A stretch of 64,000 bases of DNA from Octopus sinensis (GCF_006345805.1 NW_021832277.1:8726-72725), one strand, 5' to 3'; counted from the first letter of the stretch, positions 39,892 to 55,366 are shown. Numbers and translations: made by a program. The notes: generated by a model from the sequence alone, not told the origin.

Positions 39892-40658
39892 TCACAGGGC
39901 TCGGATTTGTTTCCTCACAACTTTCAGAAAGACGTGCATTTTTTCTTTTTTAATGAAATTGTCAGCAAATACCTTTCAGAATGTGTGACTTACGATTTTG
40001 TAGGAATTTAAAATGGAAAATAAAACGCTGAGCATGCCCACGTCACAATATGTTTCTAAACGTAAAGTTTTATTTTGTTAGAATCTGTCATGTGTGTTAG
40101 TATGTTTGTTTTTGAACGTACTATCCACTTTTACATTTTAGATTCTGATATAATTGTAGCCTACACCTTCTAAAGAGCATTTTTATAAAATTTTCCTTGA
40201 AAAAAATATCCATTTTTCTGTAATCTATGAAGAAAGAAAGTCGGGAGCACACCTGTGTAGGTATACCTATCTATCATGGATTCTCGCATTCTTAAATGAC
40301 TCATGAGCGTCGAACAAACACACAGATGATTTGTTTATACATATTCTCACTCCCTCCATCAAATCGACATTTCGTGCACAGGTACACCATGTGCCACATG
40401 TCAGATGACAAAATGATCGCAGAGCAACGTAAAAAAAAGTGCTGTGCTGAAGAACCCAAAGCAACGCCCAGTTTGAGAATCGAACCCACCATCTCGTATA
40501 TAAAGGTGGTGCCCTAGCATGACACTCCTTTCTATCAGGAACTGGTTAAAAAAAATATATGTATATAACCCGGGTCTGTGCGTATCACCTAAGGCTAGAG
40601 ATTGGAGCGACGATTTGCCTTCGCCAATATTAATCAGACACAGACGGTATGTGGTTAG

Positions 40659-40897
40659 CAGGCGGCGAGCTGGCAGAAACGTTAGCACGCCGGATGAAAT
40701 ACTTTGCGGTATTTCGTCTGTCGTTACGTTGTGAGTTCAAATTCCGCCGAGGTTGACTTTGCCTTTCATCCTTTCGGGATCGATAAATTAAGTACCAGTT
40801 CCGCACTGGGGCCGATGTAATCGACTTAATCCCTTCGTCTGTCCTTGTTTGTCCCCTCTATCTTTAGCCCCTTGTGGGTAATAAAGAAATAGAAATA
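40659..40897 (+). mobile_element. SINE family B, full length with TSD
   Basis: ggtatgt(g/c)gttag at 40646-40658 and 40898-40910; gagttcaaattcc B-box. Confidence 0.92.
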
Positions 40898-41574
40898 GGT
40901 ATGTCGTTAGTCAGCTGGAGGGGATGTCTTCCTTGAGTTATAAACAACAGTAGCATCGAACCTAATGGGACCACCACATTTAGGTGGCAAATATACCTCA
41001 CGATATATATATATGTGTGTATGTGTGTGTGTGAGTATGTTTGTGTGTGTGTGTGTAAGAATCAGTTTTCTGCAACATATGGTTTCACATGACACGCACT
41101 CACGTTTGCCCGAAGCTCAGCAAATGACGGCCATACATATAAAGTCAGTACAAAATCTTCTGTTGCTTCGCCAACTATAATATCTAACATGTAGAGCACG
41201 TAACGTTGTTTTCCTATTTGTTCGTTTGTGATTCAACTCGTACATACGTGTATGTACGTACGTACGTGCGTGCGTGCGTGCGTGGACGGATGTATACATG
41301 TTTATATGTGTGTGTGTATGTGTGTGTTTATATAATCCTGTGGTTATGTATGAATATTCTCGCGCATGTGTATTCAACACAGACGCTGTCAAAATACATT
41401 GGCATTAATGGAGATATCAGCACCGATATATCCACCGGCAAATTGGGAAGTAGTTTTAAATTATATGAAAAGGAAATGCTGTTATCGATATAGTGCATGG
41501 CGTTCAAAGAACATTCTATGCAGCATAAACCACGACCTGACAGCGGTGTCTTATAATGGTTTAAAATTGGTAGA

Positions 41575-41653
41575 TTCTGTGTGTACGTGTACCTGTGAGT
41601 ATGCGTATGTATGTGTGTTTGTGTTTGCATTTATGTGTATATATATACACATG

Positions 41654-41701
<48 letters not shown>

Positions 41702-41902
41702 ATATATATACTTACATATGTGCATGCATACATCTTATTACGTATACACGCATAATTATGCAGGATTCTTGTGTACGTGTACGTGTGAGTATGTGTGTGT
41801 GTTTGTGTTTGCATTTATGTGTATATATATACATATTTATGTATGTATATATAATATTTATACATATATATATAATATATATATATACATATATATTATT
41901 TA

Positions 41903-41946
<44 letters not shown>

Positions 41947-41976
41947 TTATACATATATATATATAAATATATGTAT

Positions 41977-42007
<31 letters not shown>

Positions 42008-42117
42008 TTAAAAAAGGAGATGTGGAACACGAGTTGTGATATATATATATATATAAATACTTACATATGTGCATGCATACATCTTATTACAAATACACGC
42101 ATAATTATGCAGGATCC
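41575..42117. repeat. Two-unit tandem duplication with variable internal (TA)n
   Basis: gtgtacgtgtac.tgtgagtatg..gcatttatgtgtata..tacttacatatgtgcatgcatacatcttattac..tacacgcataattatgcaggat occurs twice. Confidence 0.8.
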
Positions 42118-44744
42118 CACATCCGCTTACACACATTGCTTTGTGCAATCTAAAGTTTGTGGATTTAGAATTTAAAAGTGCAATGTAAATGTTTGATATG
42201 AGGATGTAGTCGTTTAGATTAATATCTGTTTATAATTATGCTTTCTTAATACCCCCGAAGCAATCTTGAAGATTGCTTGGAAGATATTCGAGTATAATTT
42301 CTTGTGACACCAGAAAGAAAGGAAAGAAACAAGAAATTGAAAAACAGAAATTGCAAAGGCTGTCATCTTACCATTTCTATGAAGTCACTTTTCAGGCTTC
42401 ACGACAACAAGTTGTCTCATTCTTCATCAGACAAAGCATTTTCCAGTGTTTCCATGAATAGATGTTAGCTGCGTCTTTATTGTGGAGGTCAGGACGTTCG
42501 CTATAGATTTCACATCTTCATATTGATACACTACATTCCATCACAATAATATGTTACTTTTATGATGCATCCAATAAGGGACGGAACTGATCTCTAATTG
42601 TAAAAGAGATTCTTCTTGGTGCAAAGATAGATTTTTCGCTATTTCCGTTGAGTGAAATAATTCTTATCCCCAGACCCTTAGATATACGAATTCACTATCT
42701 TGTAAAATGTAAATTTGGTAGCCATTTTGTTAGCCCTTACGTAAATTCCGGTTGGGATTTTAAAACCACTGATGTAAGTATTCTACGCCGCTCACCAATT
42801 CTATTATCTCATTCGGTTCTCTTGCTTGCTAATCGATTACTTTAGAGAGAAACATTTCACACAATTGTGTAGGAAGAGTCCTTAAATAACAAGTTCAATA
42901 ATGACAATGAGGTCATGCTTATGGTATATATACTGATTTGAGCGTATATAGACGAGCCTATATATTATTCTGTTGTTTTCAAGAAAATGTTGATATATAT
43001 ACGCACATATATATGTCAGTGTGTCCGTCTTTACAATGTAACTGGTAGATCGGGATAAGCATTAAGCAAATGTCTCAAAATTGAACGACATTTAATTTTA
43101 TATAAACGGGATTGAGTAGTGAGGTTCATTGCTCTAACCAGGGCTACAAAAGTAAAACGGCTGAGTATTTGGCTCACACGCACAGACAAGTTCAAATCTT
43201 CCTGCGGGAGAAGAACAATCTTCTGAATACAGAACATAATGACTTTTCTCTTTGGCTACAGCCGTCAAAATCATGTGGTGTTATAGAAACTTATGCACCA
43301 ACGTCTCATGTTACTTTAACTAGCATGTGAATGCATATTTTGATATTTCCGAACGGAATGGCAAAGACAAAAACTGGAAGATCTACCAGTTATGATGCAA
43401 AAACAGCTTATGGGTATTTATGTGATCGAGAATTGATCAGAAATATTTCTGTTTCGTTTTGATCTCTTGAGAATGACTAATGGATCTGAATAATGTTTCC
43501 GAATAATTTCATGTATGAGTTATCAGTTGCATTTCAAACAAAACGTCGTATTTCATGAATATCAAATCTTGGGGTAATTAGGAATTGATGAAATACTCCG
43601 ACCTATTCAACTGCTCCTACGAGAAGTGAACGTTGTATATATTATTTGGGCATTTTTTTGTGGCATGTACAATTTTTTGGAATCAGAAGTTTTGTTGTCT
43701 TTAATAGGTTTTTCTTGTGTTCACACACGTGTGTGTGTGTATATATATACACACGCATACAATAACGTTCCTACCAAAATCCCTCTCTTCCCATTTCCCT
43801 CACTCAGTATGTATACATGTATATATATATATATATTAATATACCTATACACACACCTATATATATATTAATATACATACAGAATTACATACATACAAGT
43901 ATTCATACATATATACATGCATACATATACACATAAGTACATACATACACACACATATTAATATACATACATACAGGCATTCATAAATACATACATACAT
44001 ACATACATATATACATACATATATACATACATATATACATACATACATAAAAACATGCATGATCTCCCTCAAGTTCCAAATTGTGAATTTGTCTTTGGTA
44101 AATGCATCCCCAAAATGGAGTTTGTATCTTTGTTGGAAACCGGCTCCCTCCTCTTCAGTGGAAGATTTATAATAATTAAAAAATAGAAGAGACATAATTA
44201 CATACCTACATACATACATATATATATATAGGTATTCATACATACATACACGTACACAAACATGCACACACGCACATATACTAACAAATGTTGGATTGTA
44301 TCAAACGAATGCGAACAGCAAAATCGCTAAGTCGTTACATCACAACTCTTTGCACCATTCTTCCATTCTGTGGTCCGAAAGATAATTCTCTGAGACTAGA
44401 TTTAATGTCTATTAACGTTTCTTCGGAGCAATTTGTTGTGAATGCAGACTCGATCATCAGGCTGGAGAGTTACCTGACAGGTTGAACAGACGGAATCAAT
44501 ACTCATGTGTTAGTTTTTTCTTCTCGTAAATTAGCATACACAGACGCTTGCAAAAGTATACACATACACGGACACACAAATGCACACACACTTCTGTATA
44601 TGTCTCTGCCTGTCTGTAAATGTGTATATCCATATATATCAATACACAACGTACTCACACACAAACATACACACACACGCATATATACATATATAACTAC
44701 TTTGATTTGCCTAATAGTGGTTTTATCTCTAATTTAATTTTATA

Positions 44745-44815
<71 letters not shown>

Positions 44816-44825
44816 TATATATATG

Positions 44826-44865
<40 letters not shown>

Positions 44866-45479
44866 GTGTGTGTGTGTGTCTGTATGTGTGTATAAATGCA
44901 TGTATGTGTTTGTGTACGTATATACGTGTATTTGTGTGTGTATGTGTATGTATATATATTTTATAACATTATCTTTTGCCTCGAATGTGTTTTATCGTAA
45001 GAAGTTTTTGCCGATGATGTTAAAGTTGTATTTTTAAATTGACTCAATTTATATTTGAAGTCACTTAACGGAAACGCCCCAAAAAAATCAATATATCTGC
45101 ACTTTAAAGTACAATCAAATACATTTGTTTTCAATCAATTTACGAGGTGTCTAGATAGAATAATGACCTTCATGGAACTTTTACATCACACTTTTCTAAA
45201 TGACGATAAAACATTTAATACTACTTTCTGTTATACTTGACTTTGAAGTGAAATGTTAGACTAAAGAAACAGCATTTAATAAGAAACAAAATGGTGACCT
45301 TTTTTATCGTCGGCTCATGAAATAAATAGAGGTTTGTATTGAATTTAACATATTTGTTTGTTATTAAGTCTCCACCATGTGGTACATGTGTCATATAATG
45401 TTGGTTACGGATGAAATGGTACGTGAAAGAATATAACAGATTTATTCCGTCTGAAATATGCCATGCGAATTGCGTTTAC

Positions 45480-45579
45480 TTCCCAAGAGTCGAATCCTAT
45501 TATTCTGTGACCAGAAGTTGAACACAAGCATATAAATCAATATTTAATTCTATAGGGTTTCGTTGTTCAAACCGGTAAT
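45480..45579 (+). repeat. 100-bp direct repeat, copy 1 (copy 2 at 47658-47757)
   Basis: ttcccaagagtcgaatcc..aaaccggtaat; 2 mismatches between copies. Confidence 0.9.
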
Positions 45580-46104
45580 ACCTAATTTTGTTGCTGATGA
45601 TTCGAGAGAACGACCCAAATACTGAATGTTGTAGACAAAGTTAACATCACTATTTACTTTTATTAATGATAAGAATAGCATAGAGAAGCCAAAATATGTC
45701 ATAATTAAGTTGAAATTCTGCGCAACAACGCCAATGAATTTCACATGATGTCCTCCTTTTTGTGTGTTTTTTTTGTTGTGTTTTCAAAGAATGTTATGAG
45801 CGAACGATTGACGGAAAACGTATCATTTAATCTAATTATTATTCGCATTAATCTGCCGTGTACAAAGTCTTCCTCAAAGGATCTGTATTCTTATGCTTAT
45901 ATTTATTCTTAGTCAAAAATAAACTCATTATAAACGGTGGCTGAAACCATTGTCTCTCTTGTGGTTCATTTCAGATACATGGCGGTTATATTTAGTATCA
46001 GGCATTACAATCACCATTTTGACACAGAAGAGAGAAGTACAAATGGGCATAAAGGAATATCGATCGTGTCGTGGGCGACTTTACGTTGGAAATGTTAGCA
46101 AATG

Positions 46105-46509
46105 TAGGCGCAGGAGTGGCTGTGTGGTAAGTAGCTTGCTAACCAATCACATGGTTCCGGGTTCAGTCCCACTGCGTGGCATCTTGGGCAAGTGTCTTCT
46201 GGTATAGCCCCGGGCCGACCAATGCCTTGTGAGTGGATTTGGTAGACGGAAACTGAAAGAAGCCAGTCGTATATATGTATATATATGTATGTGTGTGTCT
46301 GAGTTTGTCCCCCTAGCATTGCTTGACAACCGATAGCTGGTGTGTTTACGTCCCCGTCACTTAGCGGTTCGGCAAAAGAGACCGATAGAATAAGTACTGG
46401 GCTTTCAAAAGAATAAGTCCCGGGGTCGATTTACTCGACTAAAGGCGTGCTCCAGCATGGCCGCAGTCAAATGACTGAAACAAGTAAAAGAGTAAAAGAG
46501 TAAGAGTAA
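46105..46509 (+). mobile_element. SINE family A, full length
   Basis: Head ggcgcaggagtggctgtgtggtaag..ggttcagtccc, CORE-like centre, internal (TA/TG)n, 3' cagtc-aaat-gactg and (GAGTAAAA)n tail. Confidence 0.93.
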
Positions 46510-47174
46510 TTAAAGTCTTTCGAATTTCTTATTGTTTCCTTAAGTTTTCCGAGAAATGATTTACTCTGCATAGCGTTTTTGTCTTAATACATCAAGATAG
46601 CTAAGATGGATAAGAAGCCTTGCGGTTGATGTTCGTCCAGAAATCATTAACTTTGACATTACAGCTTTTACCTTACATCACATCTCATTATTTCAATACC
46701 TTTTACTTTGTTCTTCTCATCTGCTTAATTATCGACCATTATTAGCATCCTTCACTTCTACAACTAAATTCATCCCTGCAGCCATTGCCAGTAATGATGT
46801 TCCAGCGTGTCATATTGCATATTACGGTGCCAACAATTGCTAATCACTTCACCAGTAATCATAAACAAAATATAGGTTCCACTGGCAGATATTGACGTTT
46901 GTGTGACAATAGAGTTGGCAAGTGATTCACGTTTCCATACTACTATTTTATTGATGATTTAACAATGATTTCTATGTAAAAATTATGCTTTTAGTGTGAA
47001 TTTGAGTTTTTCCCCCATGACCAGCAGAGAGATCCGGTAGAGTGAGCAAATATTTAAAAATACTAAGAATGGTTAAATATCCCAGTCATTTTTATCTACC
47101 ATCAGGCAGACGTTTATGAGAAACTAAAAGAAATATATAGAATTTACCAATTAATAGAAGGCCAGCATTTTCCG

Positions 47175-47345
47175 GGCGGGAGCTGGCATCGATTTTATCG
47201 ATCCCAGTGCTCAGCCGGTACTTATCTTATCATCTCCAGAAGAATGAAAGGCAAAGTCGACTTCGATAAAATTAGATCTCAGAACGCAAAGACAGACGAA
47301 ATGCCACTAAATATTTTACCCGGTGTACAAATGCGCCGCCTTAGC
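47175..47345 (-). mobile_element. SINE family B, degenerate
   Basis: atcgatcccagtgc..ggtactta..gaatgaaaggcaaagtcgac..gacagacgaaatgcc. Confidence 0.7.
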
Positions 47346-47657
47346 AGTCACATATACTACGAATATATTTTATTAAAAATTAATTTCCTTAACCAACACT
47401 CAAGATATCTGAACCCCAACGTTTGTAGTCCATTCACCTATTTCGTCTTAACATTTTAACATTTAAATATAGACATGAGATGATAAAAACTATCATTCCA
47501 AATGGTTCTGGCTAATAAACGTACAATTGCTGATACATTCATGTTTTATTCCAGTGCAAATTGTTTGCTATATCGGTTATGAAGCATGCATAAACAAATA
47601 CCACGGGATATTGATGTTCGCATACTCCTTCCTTGTATCAAGTGAGAAACATACTCC

Positions 47658-47757
47658 TTCCCAAGAGTCGAATCCTATTATTCTGTGACCAGAAGTTGAA
47701 CACAAGCATATAAATCAATATATAATTCTATAGGGTTTCGTTGTTTAAACCGGTAAT
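47658..47757 (+). repeat. 100-bp direct repeat, copy 2
   Basis: Matches 45480-45579. Confidence 0.9.
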
Positions 47758-48639
47758 CTGTTACAGTTTTGTGTTTTGATCTTGCACACAAACCAATACC
47801 CGTACCATCCAATCTGGAACCGTTTTTGTAGGAGTTTTTTTCCTTTCCGTTCGGCGCCGTCTGATTTTTTCTAGTGAATAGTTTCATGTTATATCTATTT
47901 CCTAACTTCGTTAATCAGAGATAAGTGTATGATATTTGACTTGCCTAAAGACCCCAGGCAATTATTATATGTCTTCGAGAGAGACTCACAAGATTCATAA
48001 AGCAAAAGATTCATTGTATAACCGAGATCAATTGCATTGAGTAGATACATAATAAAACTATTTATTGCAGCTAAGCTTAACGTTCACACCAGTTCCGATA
48101 CATATTGAGAGCTACTTGGCGAAATAAGAATAAATTTCTATGTTCGACTAACAGCTACAGGAAATGGCGACTATAGTTTTGAAAACACTCTCCTCTATGA
48201 TTTGCATTGGATAATGAATATCTTCATTCATTCGCTGATTTCGGCTCTACAGAATAAAACCTTATCACTGAATCTCGAATTAAATTAAACTATACATTTA
48301 TATGCTAGAATTTATCTCGCGTAAAGGATTCCGTCTCAATTATATGAAAGAGTGCTGCACCACAATTACACTGAGTTAGCTAGAAACGGCTGCTTTTTGC
48401 GTTCGCAATATTCTGCTGTGTGACTATTCCAGTGTAAACAGATAGACTCAGAGCAGCAATACAATGGCAGGACCTATTAACGATTGCCATATCGATTATT
48501 GCATACACATCTGCTTTCGATACGTGATGCTTTCTTTTCTTTTTTTCCGTTTTATGTATATCCTATTATTTACGAGTCTGGAGAGCCACCTATAGGTTCT
48601 CTCTACGAAACAGTAAATGCTGATAACTACTTCAATAAC

Positions 48640-49545
<906 letters not shown>

Positions 49546-51778
49546 TATGTGTGCGTGTGTGGGTGTGCGTGTGCGTGTGTGGGTGTGCGTGTGCGTGTGT
49601 AGTATGTGTGTTTGCTCACATGTGTGTATGGATGTATGTATGTATATTGTTCCAAAATGAATGACTGTAATATTTAGATTGTATTCTGTTGACATTTTAA
49701 TATATAAATCCGGAATCATTAGAAAACATAAAACTTAAACGCGTGGCATTTTCCTCTTGTGATGTCTACGGAGACTTCCGTCTGACTTATGGAATCTAAT
49801 TCTTATTGGTATAATCACGCACACCAACACACACACACACACACATATTACACCAAAACACACTCATGAGTATATATAAGTATAAAGAACCACACACACA
49901 CATACATGCATATATATATATACACACACACACATATATATATAGTCTATATTAAATATATTCGCAGACACGCTCTACACCAGATAAACTGCTTTGTTAG
50001 CATTTATATATATAAAGAAATATATCGCTAATACATAATTAGAACTGCTGATTCGGTATCCTGATAGAAATATTATTTCAGCATATAAATGAAACCAAAA
50101 AAATATTTTATATTTAGAAAAGAGTATAAAAATCTAATAAGATTATTAAAATGAAATCTGATACGATTTAGGAAAATGAAACAGTTAAAATAAGAAATGC
50201 TAAATTTCTAAATCTCTCATAGAGACATGTACGGTGGTGGGGCGATAGAATGGTTGTATACTGTCAATCTAACACGAACGTGACAGTAGGGGGGTACACC
50301 ACAGTTAAAGATATCACTTAATACTCACTTCACTTCATTTATTGACTGGCATTCCAACTCCTAGAAATACCAGCCAAGTTCGCCAGACCCCACGATACTG
50401 TTTTAAAAAATAAATACCCCATCTGTCATGTCGATTTAAGGACTTAAAAAGATGTAATGGGAATGGTTATTTAGAATGACTTCGAACAAGATCTAGTGTC
50501 TATGAAGGCTGACCTGGTGTTAAACAACAGCAACTATTACACATATGAGACAACGAGGGCTGCAGAAAGTACTAAATCCGCCAGTCATCTAGCATTTGAA
50601 TTTTAAAATTAAAACAAAGATATATAAGATAAAGTAGTTCTCCGTTTATAGAAATCAAAGTGGTGGTCATGAGTGGCAGGCATTCAATAACAATCGTGCC
50701 TCATCAAATGTGATCTTAAGTTGAACTACAACAAAATTACCAACAACCACAAAATGTCGTTGGTCCCTAAAATATTTTCGATAATCCGAAAACATTATAT
50801 CGCACTTGGCAAACATTTACGTAATAAAGCAATCTTATCCAAATCAAAATCCTACAAATTCTCCCGGATCCACTTATCTACAAATACAAGAGTCCTTATT
50901 TCTTGATTGCACGAGTCTAAAGAGTCCTTATTTCTTGATTCTACGAGTCTAAAGATATTTTTTAGTATTCATAAAACATTGTTGATATCGTCCACTTAAG
51001 TCAAAATAAAAATTGTAAATAGGCGCCATTTCAGTATGTAGGCATGCATAGCAAATTGTTACACACGTGCATCATAACATATGTTCTCTCGTACTGGTAG
51101 TTTAACATACATACATACATACATACATACATACATACATACATACATACATACATACATACACATACACACACACAGATGGTATATTGTCATCAAGTTT
51201 AGAATTAAAGTAACTTAGAAAACGGAAGTTGTCAAGAAAGTAAAAGCCGGTACATTAGTTCTTATCTTGAACTATTTCCTATTGACATCTATAAACACGG
51301 AACACTTGACTGCGCAAATTGTATCTGAGGAAACATGAAAGGGATTTGATGCACTTCCAGGTGCAGTCAGTGTATTAAACAAAAGCAGCTACGTAAACTT
51401 GACATCGCAATTTTTATCTACTTATTAGACATGATACCATACACTGAAGACATACACTGAAGTCTGGTGCACCTGCTCATCGTCATATACTAAATGTATA
51501 AATATAAGCAGTTACAGAAATGAGGTGGGGAGCATTCTCACTCATAATATTAAATAATCTTGGTCGAAGGTTTCTCTCAAAATTCCTGTAAAATGTATTA
51601 CGTACCTACGTTAATTGTTCCAGTGACAGAGGAGAAATTGTACAGAACAACTCGAGTGATTTCCCTCGGAGAGACTAACATAAGTTTAAAATATGAAAGA
51701 AGACATCCCTACAGAACAAGTGAGACATCTGCAGATATTCCACTCGCATTACATATACATATATATATATATATATAT

Positions 51779-51865
<87 letters not shown>

Positions 51866-52559
51866 TAGGGTATATACTTGTAGTTACTAGATGAATAAGA
51901 GGACATAGCTAATGAAGAAACTGTTTCTACGAGTCAATAAATGATCTGTGAAAATATTTAAACCAGTTCAGAAATTTAGTCTCTAATAAAAAAATAATCA
52001 AACATACAGATGTTTACGTAGAGATAATTAAGTCAAAATTGTCGACAATTTGCCCATCGTACCTTGTATATATATATATATAAATATATATATACAAACA
52101 TACATACGTAAATGAATATATAGGTGTGAACAATTATATTTAATAAGACCATGCACACTCAGATATGAAGAAAAATATCACTGCAGATACTGCCTCGGCG
52201 GAGAGATTCTGCTCAGAGAGAGGAGCTGCGTAACACAACACTGGCGTCATAATAATGAGGTAATCGCGAGTGTAGAACTCGTGGTTTTGTGTCGTTACAC
52301 TTCATCAGTTACGGACAAAACGAACTCTTCATTTTGCACGCATCGTTAAACTCGTTCAGGTTTTTTTTTTTTTTGCAATTAACCTTTACGCTTTGACCCT
52401 CAACATCATATCAAATATTGGCTGATATTTAGTAAACAAATCACCGAAATCAAGAATATAGTCATTCTTTTAGTAATATAATATAAGGTATCCTTACTCC
52501 TTCCTTTTCATGTCTCCTCGTCTTCCTTTAGTTTCTAATCACATCCACTCTTAATATTT

Positions 52560-52945
52560 GATTTTTCCAGTTTCAGCTAATGAGCTGTGGCCATGCTGGG
52601 GCACCGCCATTTGGTTTGCTAAAACGATTTTGCCTCATGGATGCTTTTTAGCAAACGCCATCTGATGCATGAGAGAGTTCGATGCAGCTGCCCTCATCTG
52701 CACCTCCTGCCGTGAAGTTGGTTCATCCGGGACACCTGACAGGAAGAGATCCAGTCCTACTTTAAAGACATCCGCATCCACACCATGCAGGTCCCTCAGG
52801 TTCTTCGGGAGGATATTGAAGAGCTGTGGGCCTCTGAAGCCCAGGCTATCACAATATCTTGTCCTACATCCCCTAAATTTGGAGTCCTTGGTACTACGCA
52901 GTGGCGTCCGGTTCTGGCATTTGTGTGACAATATAGAGATTTTAT
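52560..52945 (-). mobile_element. CR1/L2-type LINE 3' end (ORF2 C-terminus plus 3' UTR stem-loop)
   Basis: YCHTNARTGRHCVVP/..RTRYCDSLGFRGPQLFNILPKNLRDLHGVDADVFKVGLDLFLSGVPDEPTSRQEVQMRAAASNSLMHQMAFAKKHP*, then ggcggtgccccagcatggccacagctcattagctgaaac. Confidence 0.88.
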
Positions 52946-53834
52946 ATTTACAGTTAGATTCGTCTTTGAATTTTCTTCAATAAAACCCCTTCTCTCTCTC
53001 TCTCTCTCTCCCTCTCTCTCATATCTCACTACTCTGCGCAATCTTCCTTTATATTTATACTCTCTCATTTTCTCCTCCCCATTCTCTCTTTACCCCACCT
53101 CTCACTCTCACACACTCTCTCTCTTTCTCTCTCTCTCTCACCCATTTCCCCTCTTTTTATCCTCTGTATTTTTTACACCTCTGATGCCCAATTCCCGATA
53201 GGCGGCCAGCTTTACCAAAACTAATCTTATCGATTTTCGACAACCAATCAAATTAGGTATTTAGTTTGAAATATTCTGTAGCTTCCCAAGGGTAACCAAA
53301 TTATATGTATATAAATGTACGTTCTCGGTTAAATCAGTTTGACTGACGAACCAAATGAGGAAACGCAGATACGCGCCACTGACGTTCCTGCTTCTAATGA
53401 ATTTTAAATGCTGTTACACGAATCTATGTTTCGTATAAATACGTTGTTGTTCCTTGTAGAGTAGGAATTCGCGTGTTGCTGGTATGTGCGTGTAACTGTG
53501 TGCGAGTGTGTGATTATTGTGTGCGTGCAGCATATATGCATGCTTGTATGAATGTGTGTATGCGTTTGTGTTTGTGCCTCTGTTTGCGCTTGCATGTGGA
53601 TGTGAAAAGAACAATAGGTTGGCAGGATTTCACACAAAATGCATTTCTGGTGTCAGCTGCGGATTTTTATGTACGAAACCTGAAGCGATGTCACCCTTGC
53701 CTCACGCCCTTGGTTCACGCCCATTTTGGCTTATGTATTGTGACGTATGTTTGCAATTTATTATGGCAGTGACAGAAAGATCAACCTATGTGTGCGTGTG
53801 TGTGTGAATGTGTGTGAGTGTGTATTGATAGACA

Positions 53835-53853
53835 GATAGAGAAACAGACAGAC

Positions 53854-53945
<92 letters not shown>

Positions 53946-54148
53946 GAGTTTCTTTATTGGCCACACAGAGCTGCACACAGATAGGACAAGTTACAAGGTA
54001 GAGCTTTTCTTTTGGGGGAGAAAAAAAAGGTGGCGTGGGTTTTCGATCAGAAGGGATCGTAAAAGGGAAAAAAGAACAAAAAAAAAGAAAGAAGGAAAAA
54101 AAGGAAAAGAAAAAAAAGATAGATAGATAGATAGATAGACAGACAAAC

Positions 54149-54215
<67 letters not shown>
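53835..54215. repeat. (TAGA)n microsatellites
   Basis: Direct inspection. Confidence 0.9.
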
Positions 54216-54216
<1 letters not shown>

Positions 54217-55366
54217 TATTTGATCGACAGAGGTGTACATACATATATTCATTCATACATAAAGATAGAGTGAGGGAGATTATTTCTGCGCACCAATTTC
54301 CTACCACTTTTAAAGAATTTTATAAGACAAAACGCTTTGTAGATTACCAAGAATTGGCGTTTGGCCACAGATTCCATATCCGCTCGTGCCACAATTCTGC
54401 TCAACTCCATTCTTTAAACGTCTGTTACACATGCTATGACTTTGCATACGTAATCACATATACAAGCACAGCCATGTATGTGTGTGTTTCAGTGTGTATG
54501 TATGTGTGTGTCTATAAATGGCTGTGTGTATGTATGTAAATATCTACAAATAGGTGTATATGGGTAGTTTCCTGTAAGTTTATATGAATTGGCCGTTTGC
54601 AATACGACAATCGTCTCGGCCTTAATTATATCGATTATGAGGTATGTGATGTGCAATGCTAATCTGGTTAGTCTATCTGTTTCGAATTGACTGCCGCCAC
54701 TCACAAAATAAATATTTAGTCAACGTCAGTGAGACATTCATGACCAAATATTATTGTTATATACAACCAATGGCAAATCGATCACTTGTTTCTAATTGTT
54801 ACCAGGGTAACCTTGTTACAGTTCATTACTTTAATTTCTTTGGTTTAGCAAAAATTTATTAGATAGTGCTTCTACCGAAATGCCAAACGAATTTTGTAGA
54901 CGCGATGGCTATGTGTGTGTGCGTGTGTGCGTGTGTGCGTGTGTGCGCATATGTGCTAACATTATTTGTAAGAAGCAATATAAAAACTTTTCTATTAATG
55001 TAGAAAGGAATATTCTTTATTATATGTTTTTACCTCATTCATGTCACCTCTAACTACATTATATTTTATCGAATAGGTAGAAAATTAACCAACCGATGAC
55101 TCGTTTACACAAATTAGCATTATGTATACACACACGCGCGCGCGCGCGCGCGTTATATGTATATACGTTATTCCATTGTTGGTCACGGACAATTTTAAAA
55201 AGTTATCCCTGGCTAAAAGTGCTCCAAGATATGTCTGAGAGTTGGAATATATTCAATAAATAAAATATATCTCTTCTGCTAACAGAAACACACAAAACAC
55301 ATGCGAATACTAACACACGCACACACACACATATATATATATATGTATGAATGTATATATGTATGT

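Noticed and set aside
42375-42436. Minus-strand CUGAUGA..GAAA hammerhead-like match
   Set aside because: Only 2 bp close stem II, stem I needs two G-U pairs, and stem III is non-palindromic with a UUC site. Could be chance.
50888-50954. 32-bp two-copy tandem repeat
   Set aside because: Ordinary short tandem duplication with no spacer structure; not CRISPR-like.
52270-52315. Minus CUGAUGA-A-GUGU-aacg-ACAC-AAAAC
   Set aside because: G12 is absent and stem I does not pair.
53335-53375. CUGACGA..GAAACGC motif
   Set aside because: Stem II does not close and there is no NUH site with a pairing stem I.
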